Positions 1 through 9,211 of a stretch of DNA of 53,475 bases are shown here, piece after piece (position 1 is the stretch's first letter; every line of letters begins with the position of its first letter). The position numbers and the translations under genes are program-made. The stretch lies in NCBI GenBank assembly GCA_034434315.1, contig DAOTZR010000037.1, positions 1 through 53,475 on the forward strand. The letters are read 5' to 3'. Origin of the DNA: Anaerolineae bacterium. Its GTDB lineage: Bacteria; Chloroflexota; Anaerolineae; B4-G1; SLSP01. The notes under the pieces are model-generated. The model ran no database searches, was not told where the DNA came from, and was given only the letters and a program-made list of their open reading frames with translations.

Positions 1-827
1 ATGCCCCCCACACGCAACCAATCATCGCCAAACCCGGAAGCCAGCCCCAGGCTCTGGACTGCGTCCAGCTCTGTATCCGGGAGATATTTCACGATGCGCA
101 CGTGCAGATCGCCGCTCTGACGCAACTGCATATAGGGCCCCAGCAGCACGTCCTTATCCATATCGTGGATAACCGTAATCCCCTGGGCCAAAAGGCGTTC
201 CTGGGCGGCTTTCAGGGCCGATAACATCCTTTCGGGGCCAGGCGGAGGAACAGTGTCCAGTACCAATGCCATAGCCGTCTCAAAAAGCAGCCCGTTCAGC
301 GTCCCGTCCGGGTTCCTGCCCAACCGTCCCCCCGGCGGATCCGGAGTTTGCGCTGTCAGTCCCGCGTCGCGCAAGGCCCGGCGGTTAGCTGCCAGAACGT
401 GCGCGCTTTTCCCCACCAGCACGACGGGATGATCCGGCGCGGCCAGATCAAGCTCATCTGCGGTGAGAAAACGGCTATCCTCCCAGAGATTGTTATCCCA
501 GCCGCGGCCCAGAATCCACTCCCCGCGTGGCAAGGTCCGCGCCCGTTCCGCCACCAGCGCCAGCACCTGATCGCGCCGGGGCAAGCCCTGAAAATTGAGC
601 TGCTCCAGGCTCATCGCATACCAGGTCAGGTGAAAATGCGCATCGGTCAGGCCGGGCAACACCAGTGCGCCACCCAGGTCCTCCATCTTCACGCCCGGAG
701 CTCCGCGCCAGAAAGCTTCCTGATCCAGGGCCGCCACCCGCTCCCCCATCACGAGCAAACTGCGCGCCCAGGGATGTTCGGGTAAACCCGTGTAAATCCG
801 TGCATTGACGAGTAAAGTCGTCCCCAT
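1..827 (-). CDS. Amidohydrolase-3 (YtcJ-like) metal-dependent hydrolase, N-terminal part; the gene runs off the left window edge
   Basis: Missing from the ORF track because no stop is reached in the window. My translation from the ATG at complement(825..827) reads MGTTLLVNARIYTGLPEHPWARSLLVMGERVAALDQEAFWRGAPGVKMEDLGGALVLPGLTDAHFHLTWYAMSLEQ... The PGLxDAHxH metal-ligand motif and N-terminal layout fit this family. Track ORFs 348..785(+) and 493..840(-) are out-of-frame shadows. Confidence 0.7.
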   Translation of the reverse strand, partial: MGTTLLVNARIYTGLPEHPWARSLLVMGERVAALDQEAFWRGAPGVKMEDLGGALVLPGLTDAHFHLTWYAMSLEQLNFQGLPRRDQVLALVAERARTLPRGEWILGRGWDNNLWEDSRFLTADELDLAAPDHPVVLVGKSAHVLAANRRALRDAGLTAQTPDPPGGRLGRNPDGTLNGLLFETAMALVLDTVPPPGPERMLSALKAAQERLLAQGITVIHDMDKDVLLGPYMQLRQSGDLHVRIVKYLPDTELDAVQSLGLASGFGDDWLRVGG

Positions 828-829
828 AA

Positions 830-1390
830 TCAATCTCCACCGAGACTTAGAACCCACGCGACACCATAATACCCGGCCCAGGCCACCAGGATGGCTTTCA
901 AAGTCTTCCCGGCCCAGGTCGCAATCAGAAATTTCCGCAACGGGAACCCGGCCAGGCCGCCGGCGATGCTGGCCAGATCAAAAACGGGATTGGGGATGAG
1001 GGCCAGAAGGAACAGCGTGAGCATGCCGTTTTTCTGCATCCAGTTCTCAAAATAATGATAGATCCGCGCCCGGTTGGCCACATCTTCCAGGGCAAAACCG
1101 GCCAGATAACCGCTCAACTCACCTAACGTATCCCCAACCCCAGCAGCCAGCCCCACCAGCCAGGGATTGAACACACCGCCCATCGCAAACGTGAAGGCCA
1201 GATGGGGCATAGGCAGGACCACAGTAGCACTCCCCATAGCCGCGACCAGCAGAATGCCCGGATACCCTAACGCTTCAAACTCGCGCACCCGCTCGCGGTT
1301 CAGCACGATGATCACCGTGATGGCAATCACCAGTACCAGAGCCAGAAATCGTACAACCCGCCCCCAAAGCGATACCGGTTTCGTGGTCAT
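830..1390 (-). CDS. DedA/TVP38-type (VTT, SNARE-associated domain) integral membrane protein
   Basis: 186-aa ORF with several hydrophobic helices and a glycine-rich core (GVGDTLGELSGYLAG). Its stop abuts the start of the downstream amidohydrolase gene, an operon-like arrangement. Confidence 0.6.
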   Translation of the reverse strand: MTTKPVSLWGRVVRFLALVLVIAITVIIVLNRERVREFEALGYPGILLVAAMGSATVVLPMPHLAFTFAMGGVFNPWLVGLAAGVGDTLGELSGYLAGFALEDVANRARIYHYFENWMQKNGMLTLFLLALIPNPVFDLASIAGGLAGFPLRKFLIATWAGKTLKAILVAWAGYYGVAWVLSLGGD

Positions 1391-2721
1391 GGTAGAGGCG
1401 CCCCCAGACGCACGCGATAAGCCGGGCCTTCTAACCCGCGCGTAGCATTACAGCTATCCACCACCAAAGGAGCATGGCGTAAAACCAGGCTATAATCCAC
1501 AGCGCGATGACCGGTGACAATCACCACAGCGTCCACACGTTTAAGCATTTCTTCGGTCAAAGGCTCCGAGGTGAGAGACAGCACCTCCGGACAAATGGCA
1601 TTGCCCCCCACCGTAAACTCTGGGACATAAGGGTCATGGTAGCTCAGCCTGACCTGCCGTCCATGCAGCAGCTCGATCACGCGCTGCGCCGGAGAATTGC
1701 GCGCATCCCCGATATTGGGCTTGAAAGCCACCCCCAGAATCAGCACCCGCGCCTCCTTCAAAGGCTTGCCCAACCGCTCCAGGCCGCGCGTCAACAACTC
1801 CACCACGTGATAAGGCATGGCTTCATTCGTCTCTGCCGCCAGTTCGATGAAGCGCGTGTAGAAATCGTATTCGCGCGCTTTCCACAGCAGGTAAAAAGGA
1901 TCAATCGGGATGCAATGGCCGCCCACCCCCGGTCCCGGATAAAACGGCATAAAGCCAAAGGGCTTGGTCCTGGCCGCCTCAATCACTTCCCAGATGTCAA
2001 TCTGCATACGCTCGGCCAGCAAAGCCACCTCGTTGACCAGAGCGATATTCACCGCCCGGAACGTATTTTCCAGAATCTTGGTCAGCTCCGCTGCTGCCGG
2101 ACTGCTGACTTCATGGACCGGCGCCCCCATTTGCCGCAGAAAAGCCGCTGCCAGCGCCGTACAGCGCGGCGTCAGGCCGCCGACCACCTTGGGCGTATTG
2201 TAGGCGCTCCAGACGGCATTCCCCGGATCAATGCGTTCCGGTGAAAAAACCAGATAAAAATCCTCTCCGGCGCGCAGGCCGCTGCGTTCGAGGAGAGGCT
2301 GCACCACCTCGGTCGTCGTGCCGGGATAAGTTGTAGACTGCAACACAATCAACTGCTCGCGATGCACATAAGGCACAAGCCCCTCTGTAGCCGAGACCAC
2401 ATAACTCAAATCGGGCGTGCGCTGGGCCGTGTAAGGCGTAGGCACACAGATGAACACAATATCGAGTTCGCGCGCCAGGCTATAATCGTCGGTAGCCTGC
2501 AGTAGCCCACGCAGGACGTAAGGGGCGAGCTGCTCATCCTTAACGTCCTCGACGTAGCTACGCCCGGCCTGAATGGCCTCCACTCGCTGCAGATTGTGCT
2601 CAATCCCCACCGTAACAAAACCAGCCCTGGCGCAAGCCAGAGCCAACGGCAGCCCTACATAGCCCAGGCCGATCACCCCGACCCGCGCCGTACGCTGCAC
2701 AATGCGCTCTTCCAGGCTCAT
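1387..2721 (-). CDS. Nucleotide-sugar dehydrogenase (UDP-glucose/GDP-mannose dehydrogenase family, WecC/TviB-like)
   Basis: 444 aa. N-terminal Rossmann motif VGVIGLGYVGLPLA and the catalytic-Cys region GPGVGGHCIPIDP. There is a 4-nt overlap with the downstream gene. Confidence 0.85.
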   Translation of the reverse strand: MSLEERIVQRTARVGVIGLGYVGLPLALACARAGFVTVGIEHNLQRVEAIQAGRSYVEDVKDEQLAPYVLRGLLQATDDYSLARELDIVFICVPTPYTAQRTPDLSYVVSATEGLVPYVHREQLIVLQSTTYPGTTTEVVQPLLERSGLRAGEDFYLVFSPERIDPGNAVWSAYNTPKVVGGLTPRCTALAAAFLRQMGAPVHEVSSPAAAELTKILENTFRAVNIALVNEVALLAERMQIDIWEVIEAARTKPFGFMPFYPGPGVGGHCIPIDPFYLLWKAREYDFYTRFIELAAETNEAMPYHVVELLTRGLERLGKPLKEARVLILGVAFKPNIGDARNSPAQRVIELLHGRQVRLSYHDPYVPEFTVGGNAICPEVLSLTSEPLTEEMLKRVDAVVIVTGHRAVDYSLVLRHAPLVVDSCNATRGLEGPAYRVRLGAPLP

Positions 2722-2735
2722 AGCACCTCCTCAGG

Positions 2736-3701
2736 TTAAGTTTCCCGTTCGCTTCGCTGCGCCAGCACAGTCAAACGGGCTTCGACTTCGTACCAGCTCA
2801 CCTCGGAAAGGCCCAACTTACGCCGCAGCTCCTCCGGATCCATCCCCTCCTGCCAGTCGCGCACAGCACAGGTCCAGCGCAGTCGTTCAAAACTCAGGCG
2901 CGGAATGCCGGCGCGTTCGCCCACATCGGTGAGCACATATTCCAGATTGCGCGCCGTCCAGGGGAAAAGTTTCCCGGCAGGGTGATACTGCTCCAGGTAC
3001 TCATCGAGCAAAGCCGGCCACCACACGGGCAGGGGAATGCGTCGCTCCTTGTGCCGACGGCTGCGCTGCGCATAGCGGATCCACAAGGCCGGTTGCGCGG
3101 GGTCAGTGCGTTCAATATGATTCAGCACAATGGCCATGCATTCGCTCTTCTTAATGCCGGTCGCCAGCAGAAGCGTAACCAGGAGGTGCGGGCGCGCGTC
3201 AGGTCGAGTGCCCTCCGCGCCTTCCCGCAAGCTTTGGGTTACGCTGATGAGGGCATCAACCTGGCGTTCATCGAGCACGTCGGGCAAGGGGGTTGACACA
3301 TCCCGGTGAATGAGAGGCGCCGCCGGATCGCGATCCAGCACTTTCTCTTCCGCCAGCCAGCCGAAAAATACCTTAAGTGTGGTAATCCGGCGATCCAACG
3401 TCTTATCATTGCAGGGCACGCCGCGTTGCTCGCGCATCCAGACCAGAAAGCCGTTTAAATGCGCCGTGCCAATTTCCCCCAGGGTGACACCGGGATTGAG
3501 ATAGTCCGTTAAGAGTTGCATATCCAGGCGAAAAGCCTGGCGAGTATGGGCGGAAAAGCGCCGGGCCTCCATGTAAGTCTCAAAAGCGCGCAGGGCCGTG
3601 CTCAGCGAAGAGGAGGCCCGCAATCCCGCTGCGGTTGACGGGGTCGGAAGAGATTCCTTTTCCGGCTCAAACAGAGGTAACTGTTCCGCAGTGTCGCTCA
3701 T
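2736..3701 (-). CDS. Tyrosine-recombinase (Xer/phage-integrase) fold protein, active-site residues apparently degenerate
   Basis: 321 aa. It has an N-terminal SAM-like core-binding region (AHTRQAFRLDMQLLTDYL) and a C-terminal catalytic-domain layout (LLLATGIKKSECMAI ... HKERRIPLP ... LSFERLRWTCAV ... LGLSEVSWYEV). See findings for the substitutions. Confidence 0.7.
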   Translation of the reverse strand: MSDTAEQLPLFEPEKESLPTPSTAAGLRASSSLSTALRAFETYMEARRFSAHTRQAFRLDMQLLTDYLNPGVTLGEIGTAHLNGFLVWMREQRGVPCNDKTLDRRITTLKVFFGWLAEEKVLDRDPAAPLIHRDVSTPLPDVLDERQVDALISVTQSLREGAEGTRPDARPHLLVTLLLATGIKKSECMAIVLNHIERTDPAQPALWIRYAQRSRRHKERRIPLPVWWPALLDEYLEQYHPAGKLFPWTARNLEYVLTDVGERAGIPRLSFERLRWTCAVRDWQEGMDPEELRRKLGLSEVSWYEVEARLTVLAQRSERET

Positions 3702-3860
3702 CGTCTCTCTCCAGTCGCTCAGGTATCGGTTTCAATTATACCTGGAATGGGCTTCCTGACGAATTTTTTCACCCTGTTGCCCGGTAGATTTGACCGGGTA
3801 GGCGAAGCAATGCCATCCAGGTTGCTTGACCCTCCTGGACTTCATGATACAATGCACTTC

Positions 3861-4805
3861 ATGGAGTTGCGCGTCGTATTTATGGGAACACCCGAATTTG
3901 CCTTGCCTATCCTGGCCCGGCTGTGCGAGCACTATTCAGTGATAGGCGTGGTCACGCAACCTGACCGTCCGGCAGGTCGCGGGAATCGGCTTACCCCTCC
4001 GCCGGTGAAGACCTTCGCCCTGGCCGAGGGGTTGCCCGTGTTCCAGCCGGAAAAAGTGCGACGGTCCGAAGCTCTGGCTCATATTCAGGCCTGGGAGCCC
4101 GACATCATTATCGTCGCCGCTTACGGGCAGATTCTTCCTCCGGCCCTGCTGGACCTGCCCCGCTACCGCGCGTTGAACGTCCATGCTTCGCTGCTACCGC
4201 GCTGGCGCGGGGCGGCACCGATTGAGGCAGCCATCCTGGCCGGGGATACGGTCACCGGAGTCACCCTGATGCAGATGGACCCTGGCCTGGATACCGGCCC
4301 GATCCTGATGCAGAAAGAAATCTACATCGGGCCAGAAGAGACCGCGGGCGAATTGAGTGAACGCATGGCACACGTCGGAGCCGACATGGTGATCGAAGCC
4401 CTGCCGCTGTATGTGGCTGGAGCGTTGCAGCCCCGGCCCCAGCCCGAAGAAGGTGTGACGTTGGCGCCACGCCTCAGCGATGCCGATGCGCGCCTGGACT
4501 GGCACCAACCTGCGGAGCTCCTGCACCGACGTGTGCGCGCTTTTGCCCCCGCTCCCGGCGCCTGGACTACGTTGCCGGATGGCGCCCGGTTTAAAATTTT
4601 GCGGGCGGCCCTGTTCCCATCCAGCGAGTCGCTCCCCGCGGGGCAACCTGGACAGGTAAGCGCCTGGCGTGGATTCCCCGTCGTCCAAACGGGCGTCGGC
4701 GCGCTGATCCTGCAACAGGTTCAGGCGGCTGGCAAGCGTCCGCTGAATGGCGATGTATTCCTGCGCGGACAACGCGCGCTCATTGGAGCCGTTCTAGGCT
4801 CCTGA
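3861..4805 (+). CDS. fmt: Methionyl-tRNA formyltransferase
   Basis: The track ORF starts at 3747. The family-typical N-terminus MELRVVFMGTPEFALPIL begins at ATG 3861. The formyltransferase motif HASLLPRWRGAAPI is present and the length is then ~315 aa. Confidence 0.9.
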   Translation: MELRVVFMGTPEFALPILARLCEHYSVIGVVTQPDRPAGRGNRLTPPPVKTFALAEGLPVFQPEKVRRSEALAHIQAWEPDIIIVAAYGQILPPALLDLPRYRALNVHASLLPRWRGAAPIEAAILAGDTVTGVTLMQMDPGLDTGPILMQKEIYIGPEETAGELSERMAHVGADMVIEALPLYVAGALQPRPQPEEGVTLAPRLSDADARLDWHQPAELLHRRVRAFAPAPGAWTTLPDGARFKILRAALFPSSESLPAGQPGQVSAWRGFPVVQTGVGALILQQVQAAGKRPLNGDVFLRGQRALIGAVLGS

Positions 4806-4827
4806 AGCCGGGGATACCCGGCTTTTG
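4806..4827 (+). terminator. Intrinsic terminator after fmt
   Basis: AGCCGGG-GATA-CCCGGCT hairpin followed by TTTT, immediately after the fmt stop. Confidence 0.7.
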
Positions 4828-4892
4828 CATCCCTGGTAACAGGCTGAATCGTTACAGCTTTTACTGAGATTTCATTCTAAGAAGGAGGCAGT

Positions 4893-5660
4893 ATGTCTGG
4901 TCATAGCCATTGGGCGACCATCCGCCGCAAGAAGGAAGGCAACGATGCCAAGCGAGGTCAGATGTTCACCAAACTGGCCCGCGAAATCACCGTTGCTGCC
5001 CGCGAAGGCGGCGGTGGCGATCCCGAATCGAATATTCGCTTGCGCGTAGCCGTTGATAAGGCCCGCTCCCTGGGCATGCCGAAGGAAAACATCGAACGCG
5101 CCATTCGCCGTGGAACCGGCGAAGACAAGAGCGGCGAATCATTTGATGAGATTACCTACGAAGGCTACGGTCCCAACGGGGTAGCCCTCATCATCGAAGC
5201 CCTCACCGAAAACCGCAACCGCACCGTTTCGGCCATCCGCCACCTCCTGTCACGCCAGGGTGGCAGCCTGGCCGAGTCTGGCTCGGTTGGTTGGCAGTTC
5301 GAACGCCGGGGTATCATTAGCGTGGATTCAAGCTATCCCTTCGACAAGCTCTTTGAGCTAGCCGTCGAGGCAGGCGCGGATGATGTGATCGAAGGCGAGG
5401 GGGAAAACGCTCACGAAGTCTACACGGATGCGACCTCGATGCACGCCGTACAGCGCACCTTGCAGGCTAACAAAGTGCCCATTCAGGAAGCCGAGCTGTC
5501 CATGGTGCCCAAGAACACCGTCAGCCTGGAGCCGCGCGACTCGGCGCAAATTCTCAAGCTGGTGGACGCCCTGGAAGAACTCGACGACGTGCGCAAGGTC
5601 TACACCAACCTGGATGTGACCGAAGAGGCCATCGCCGCTTACGAGGCCATGCTGGGCTAA
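4893..5660 (+). CDS. yebC: YebC/PmpR family DNA-binding regulator
   Basis: 255 aa. The N-terminus MSGHSHWATIRRKKEGNDAKRGQMFTKLAREI is characteristic of the family. An AGGAGG ribosome-binding site lies upstream. Confidence 0.95.
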   Translation: MSGHSHWATIRRKKEGNDAKRGQMFTKLAREITVAAREGGGGDPESNIRLRVAVDKARSLGMPKENIERAIRRGTGEDKSGESFDEITYEGYGPNGVALIIEALTENRNRTVSAIRHLLSRQGGSLAESGSVGWQFERRGIISVDSSYPFDKLFELAVEAGADDVIEGEGENAHEVYTDATSMHAVQRTLQANKVPIQEAELSMVPKNTVSLEPRDSAQILKLVDALEELDDVRKVYTNLDVTEEAIAAYEAMLG

Positions 5661-5663
5661 CCC

Positions 5664-6164
5664 ATGCGCGTTCTGGGGGTTGACCCCGGCACAGCCCTGA
5701 CGGGCTACGCAGTCATCGAAGAGGAGGGGCATGCGCTGCGTGCTCACGTCATTGACGTGATTCGCACCGAGGCGCATACCCCTCTTCCCCGGCGTTTGCA
5801 TATCATCTACCACACCCTGCGCGACATCATCGCGCAGTATCGCCCCGACGCTGCCGCAGTCGAAGCGCTTTTTTTCAGCCGCAACGCCCGCACCGCCATG
5901 GCCGTAGGTCATGCGCGCGGTGTAGTTTTGCTGGCTCTGGCCGAAGCCGGCCTGCCCATCGCCGAATATACCCCCATGGTGATCAAGCAAACCCTCACCG
6001 GCTACGGCGGGGCGGATAAAGCCCAAATGCAAGAGATGATCCGCCTGCTGCTTCAACTCCCCACCCGCCCCACCCCGGATGACGCAGCGGACGCGGCAGC
6101 CGTCGCTATCTGCCATCTGCATCGCGCCCCCGTTGAAACCTGGCTTCTGGGAGAGGAACCATGA
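5664..6164 (+). CDS. ruvC: Holliday junction resolvase RuvC
   Basis: 166 aa with MRVLGVDPGTALTGYAVIE (RNase-H-fold catalytic Asp). It sits in the conserved yebC-ruvC-ruvA order. Confidence 0.9.
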   Translation: MRVLGVDPGTALTGYAVIEEEGHALRAHVIDVIRTEAHTPLPRRLHIIYHTLRDIIAQYRPDAAAVEALFFSRNARTAMAVGHARGVVLLALAEAGLPIAEYTPMVIKQTLTGYGGADKAQMQEMIRLLLQLPTRPTPDDAADAAAVAICHLHRAPVETWLLGEEP

Positions 6165-6730
6165 TTGGACGTTTGGAAGGTGTGGTTTTGGAGCGTGAGG
6201 AGCAGCACCTTTTGCTGGACGTGCATGGCGTAGGCTTTCTGGTGTTTGTGCCCGCCAGCCTGAAGCTCACCCCCGGCCAGGTCGCGGTGCTCTACACCAC
6301 CCTGCTGGTGCGCGAAAACGACCTCAGCCTCTACGGCTTCCCTGATCGAGAACAATTGCACCTGTTCCAGCTCTTACTCGGTGTCGCTGGGGTCGGACCC
6401 AAGGCGGCCCTGAGCCTGGTGGGAACCCTAACCCCGGATGACCTGCGTGAGGCGGTCGTCAATCAGCGCCCGGACGTGTTGACCCGCGCGCCAGGGATTG
6501 GCCGCAAAACTGCCGAGGCCATCATCCTGCACTTGAAAAACCGCCTGGATCGGCTGGGCGGTACGGCTCTGGGCAGCGTAAGCAGTGAAGAGGCCGACCT
6601 GCTTGCCGCCCTGACCGCCCTGGGATTCAGCCTTATCGAGGCCCAAAAAGCCCTGCAACAGCTTCCGCGGGATCCAAGCCTCTCCGTCGAGGAAAAATTG
6701 CGCCAGGCCCTGGCCCTGCTGAGCCGCTGA
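6161..6730 (+). CDS. ruvA: Holliday junction branch-migration protein RuvA
   Basis: 189 aa with an OB-fold N-terminus (MIGRLEGVV) and helix-hairpin-helix motifs (GVGPKAALSL, APGIGRKTAEAI). It overlaps ruvC by 4 nt. Confidence 0.9.
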   Translation: MIGRLEGVVLEREEQHLLLDVHGVGFLVFVPASLKLTPGQVAVLYTTLLVRENDLSLYGFPDREQLHLFQLLLGVAGVGPKAALSLVGTLTPDDLREAVVNQRPDVLTRAPGIGRKTAEAIILHLKNRLDRLGGTALGSVSSEEADLLAALTALGFSLIEAQKALQQLPRDPSLSVEEKLRQALALLSR

Positions 6731-6740
6731 GAGGAAAGCC

Positions 6741-7760
6741 GTGAAAAAACGCATCTACATCGCCTACACCGGTGGCACTATCGGTATGCAGCCGACCAGC
6801 GAGGGGTATGCCCCGGCGCCGGGTTACCTGGCCGAACAACTCAAAGCCCTGCCCGAACTGGCCCATCCTGACATGCCCGAGTACACCCTGCACGAATACC
6901 AGCCCCTGCTCGACTCTTCCACCATGACGCCGCGGGATTGGGAACGCATCGCCCAGGACATAGCCGCCCATTACGCCGATTACGATGGCTTTGTGGTGCT
7001 CCACGGCACCGATACCATGGCCTACTCCGCTTCGGCCCTGGCCTTCCTGCTGCGCGGACTGCGCAAGCCGGTCATTTTCACGGGCTCGCAAATTCCCCTG
7101 TGCGAAATTCGCAGCGACGGTCGTGCGCACATTCTCACCGCCATGCTCCTGGCCGCGCACGCCCCCCTGGCCGAGGTCGTCTTGTATTTTGGCAACCAGG
7201 TCCTGCGTGGGTGTCGGGCTACCAAGGTGGACGCGGTAGGATTTTCCGCCTTCGCCTCACCCAACTTTCCCGCTCTGGGTGAAGTGGGGATCGAAATCAC
7301 CCTGCGCCGTGAAGCCTTTTTGCCCCCGCCCCCGCCAGACCAGCCCCTGGACGTGGCGCCGCTCAAACCGGTGCGCGTTGCCGCCTTACGCCTCTTCCCC
7401 GGCATCCCCGCCGAAATTGTGGCCAACGTGCTCCAGCCCCCCCTGCGTGGGCTGATTCTGGAAGCTTACGGCGTGGGCAACGCCCCGGTCCAGGACCAGG
7501 CCTTGATGGAGACGCTGCGAGAGGCCAGCGCCCGCGGCGTCATCATCGCCGTGTGCAGTCAATGCTTGCGGGGAAAAGTGGACCTCAGCGGCTATGCTAC
7601 CGGCTCGGCTCTGGCGCGCCTGGGCGCCATCAGCGGCTACGATATGACCCCCGAAGCCGCCCTCACCAAACTCATCTACCTGCTCAGCCAGGATCTGCCC
7701 AATGAGGACGTCAAGCGCCTTTTCCAGACCAATCTGCGCGGCGAGATGAGCACCGACTGA
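6741..7760 (+). CDS. ansA: Type I L-asparaginase
   Basis: 339 aa, GTG start. Active-site motifs IAYTGGTIGM and HGTDTM are present. Confidence 0.9.
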   Translation: MKKRIYIAYTGGTIGMQPTSEGYAPAPGYLAEQLKALPELAHPDMPEYTLHEYQPLLDSSTMTPRDWERIAQDIAAHYADYDGFVVLHGTDTMAYSASALAFLLRGLRKPVIFTGSQIPLCEIRSDGRAHILTAMLLAAHAPLAEVVLYFGNQVLRGCRATKVDAVGFSAFASPNFPALGEVGIEITLRREAFLPPPPPDQPLDVAPLKPVRVAALRLFPGIPAEIVANVLQPPLRGLILEAYGVGNAPVQDQALMETLREASARGVIIAVCSQCLRGKVDLSGYATGSALARLGAISGYDMTPEAALTKLIYLLSQDLPNEDVKRLFQTNLRGEMSTD

Positions 7761-7765
7761 AACAG

Positions 7766-8722
7766 CTAGGTCTGGCGCGCCTCCTCCTGGGGCACACTCC
7801 GCACCAAAGGCCAGGTTTCCAACGCTGTGGCAGCCAGCGTCGCAAAGGATTCGACCATGCGTTCCATATGCTCATCAAAAGCGATCCGCACGCCGGTCAG
7901 CGGGTCCTGAGCATTGAGGAGCTGCAGCACCCCCAAAACCCGACCATCCCGGCCCTTCAAGGGCACCGTCAACAACGAGTTGACGATATAGTTGCCAGCG
8001 ATAAAACTCACCGTATCATGCCGGGGAATATTAGAAATAGATCCACTTTGCGCCACCAGCGAGGCCACATGCTTACCATACCCCGGCTTAAAATCTGGAC
8101 CAACCCGCAAGGGCAAGGGGGCGTAGGGTGCGGATAAGCCACTGCTGCCTCCATAAGCCAGCCCCAGGGTATCGTTACGCACAATCGCAAAGCGCAGTTT
8201 ATCGTCATCTGTACGCAGATAAAGCGTACCGGCGTCCGCGTGGCAAAGCTGTTTGGCCTCTATCAGAATGCGTTCCAACAGCAGTTCCAGGTCCTGTTCC
8301 GAAGCCCACCCCTGTCCCAACCCTTCCAGACTGTGGGTAAAGGCTTCCAGGCGCTGTTGATAACGGGTCACATCGAGTCGAAGTGCCTGCTGTCTGACAT
8401 GGATGGTTTCGCCCGCCTCAATCAAGGGGAGCAGCTCGGCCCAAACACTTGGAGCAGCCGCTTCTTCCGACGTATCAGAAGGAGCCTCACGCAGGAGCCA
8501 GTGATAAAGCTGTCCACTCTGCCGGTACAAACCAGCGCTCAAGGCCAGCGCAAAGCACATCAGGCACGAGACCCCAATCACCATAAAACCGCCCCACATG
8601 ACTGGCCAGGGCCAGGCAGACAGAGTGGCCAGGGCCAGCCATAGCCCCCAGATCAGGAAAAGGCTGATGCCTCCCAACAGAAGGCGTGTACTCAAGGCCA
8701 TGTGCTTGAGGAATTTGCGCAT
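7766..8722 (-). CDS. Membrane-anchored GAF-domain sensor protein with no recognisable output domain
   Basis: The track ORF extends to 8869. A start at Met50 (8722, MRKFLKHMALSTRLLLGG) gives two TM helices, a coiled segment and a C-terminal GAF-like domain (CHADAGTLYLRTDDDKLRFAIV...LLTVPLKGRDGRVLGVLQLLN). Confidence 0.6.
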   Translation of the reverse strand: MRKFLKHMALSTRLLLGGISLFLIWGLWLALATLSAWPWPVMWGGFMVIGVSCLMCFALALSAGLYRQSGQLYHWLLREAPSDTSEEAAAPSVWAELLPLIEAGETIHVRQQALRLDVTRYQQRLEAFTHSLEGLGQGWASEQDLELLLERILIEAKQLCHADAGTLYLRTDDDKLRFAIVRNDTLGLAYGGSSGLSAPYAPLPLRVGPDFKPGYGKHVASLVAQSGSISNIPRHDTVSFIAGNYIVNSLLTVPLKGRDGRVLGVLQLLNAQDPLTGVRIAFDEHMERMVESFATLAATALETWPLVRSVPQEEARQT

Positions 8723-9138
8723 TACCGTTCGCTCCCTGGCTGAAAATATCCCAGATCCCCCATGATAAAACCGCATTCCTCTTTCGGGTCCCATCCTGCG
8801 ATATACCACCCTCATTATAGGAAATTTTTCCCATCCGGTACATAGCCCTTTGGTAATCCTGCCGCTCAACGGTCCTCCCCGCGCGCCAACACTATCTGAA
8901 CGGCATCTTCACGTATCTTGCAAGCCCAGAAGCACCCGGTCGTCATTGGCTCAGCCAGTACCTGTGCCGCTATCATGCGACAGTCATGGCTCAGGCGGTT
9001 ATGTCGGCCTGGCCGGCCAGGTGATGAGCGGGCAGGTACGCTTCGCAGTCACCTGATGCGCGGAAACGGCAGAAGCTCAGCCGGACGCAGGCCAAAAATC
9101 AGGTTCTCCCGAAAATAAAAACTGTAGTATAAAGAACC

Positions 9139-9211
9139 TGGTTCATGCGCGCAGCGCGAAAGCCTGTTCGGAGGCCCTGAACCAAACGGCTTCGGCCTGA
9201 CAAAAAGGAGG
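9139..9211 (+). promoter_or_regulatory. Structured 5' leader of the homocysteine-methyltransferase/MTHFR gene (candidate cis-regulatory RNA, class not recognised)
   Basis: A 7-bp helix TGGTTCA(9139-9145)/TGAACCA(9178-9184) encloses two short GC hairpins. A GGC-TTCG-GCC hairpin follows. AGGCC(9172-9176) can alternatively pair with GGCCT(9195-9199), just before the AAGGAGG ribosome-binding site. A -10-like TAGTAT lies at 9125-9130. Confidence 0.3.

Noticed and set aside
348-840. Track ORFs 348..785(+) and 493..840(-)
   Set aside because: Both are out of frame with the clear amidohydrolase reading frame that runs from 827 to the window edge.
2736-3701. The recombinase gene as a marker of an integrated prophage or island
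   Set aside because: There is no adjacent tRNA. The flanking genes are housekeeping (fmt, sugar dehydrogenase), and I see no phage or mobile genes or flanking direct repeats.
5358-6122. 254-aa minus-strand ORF
   Set aside because: It is antisense to yebC and ruvC, both of which have diagnostic motifs.
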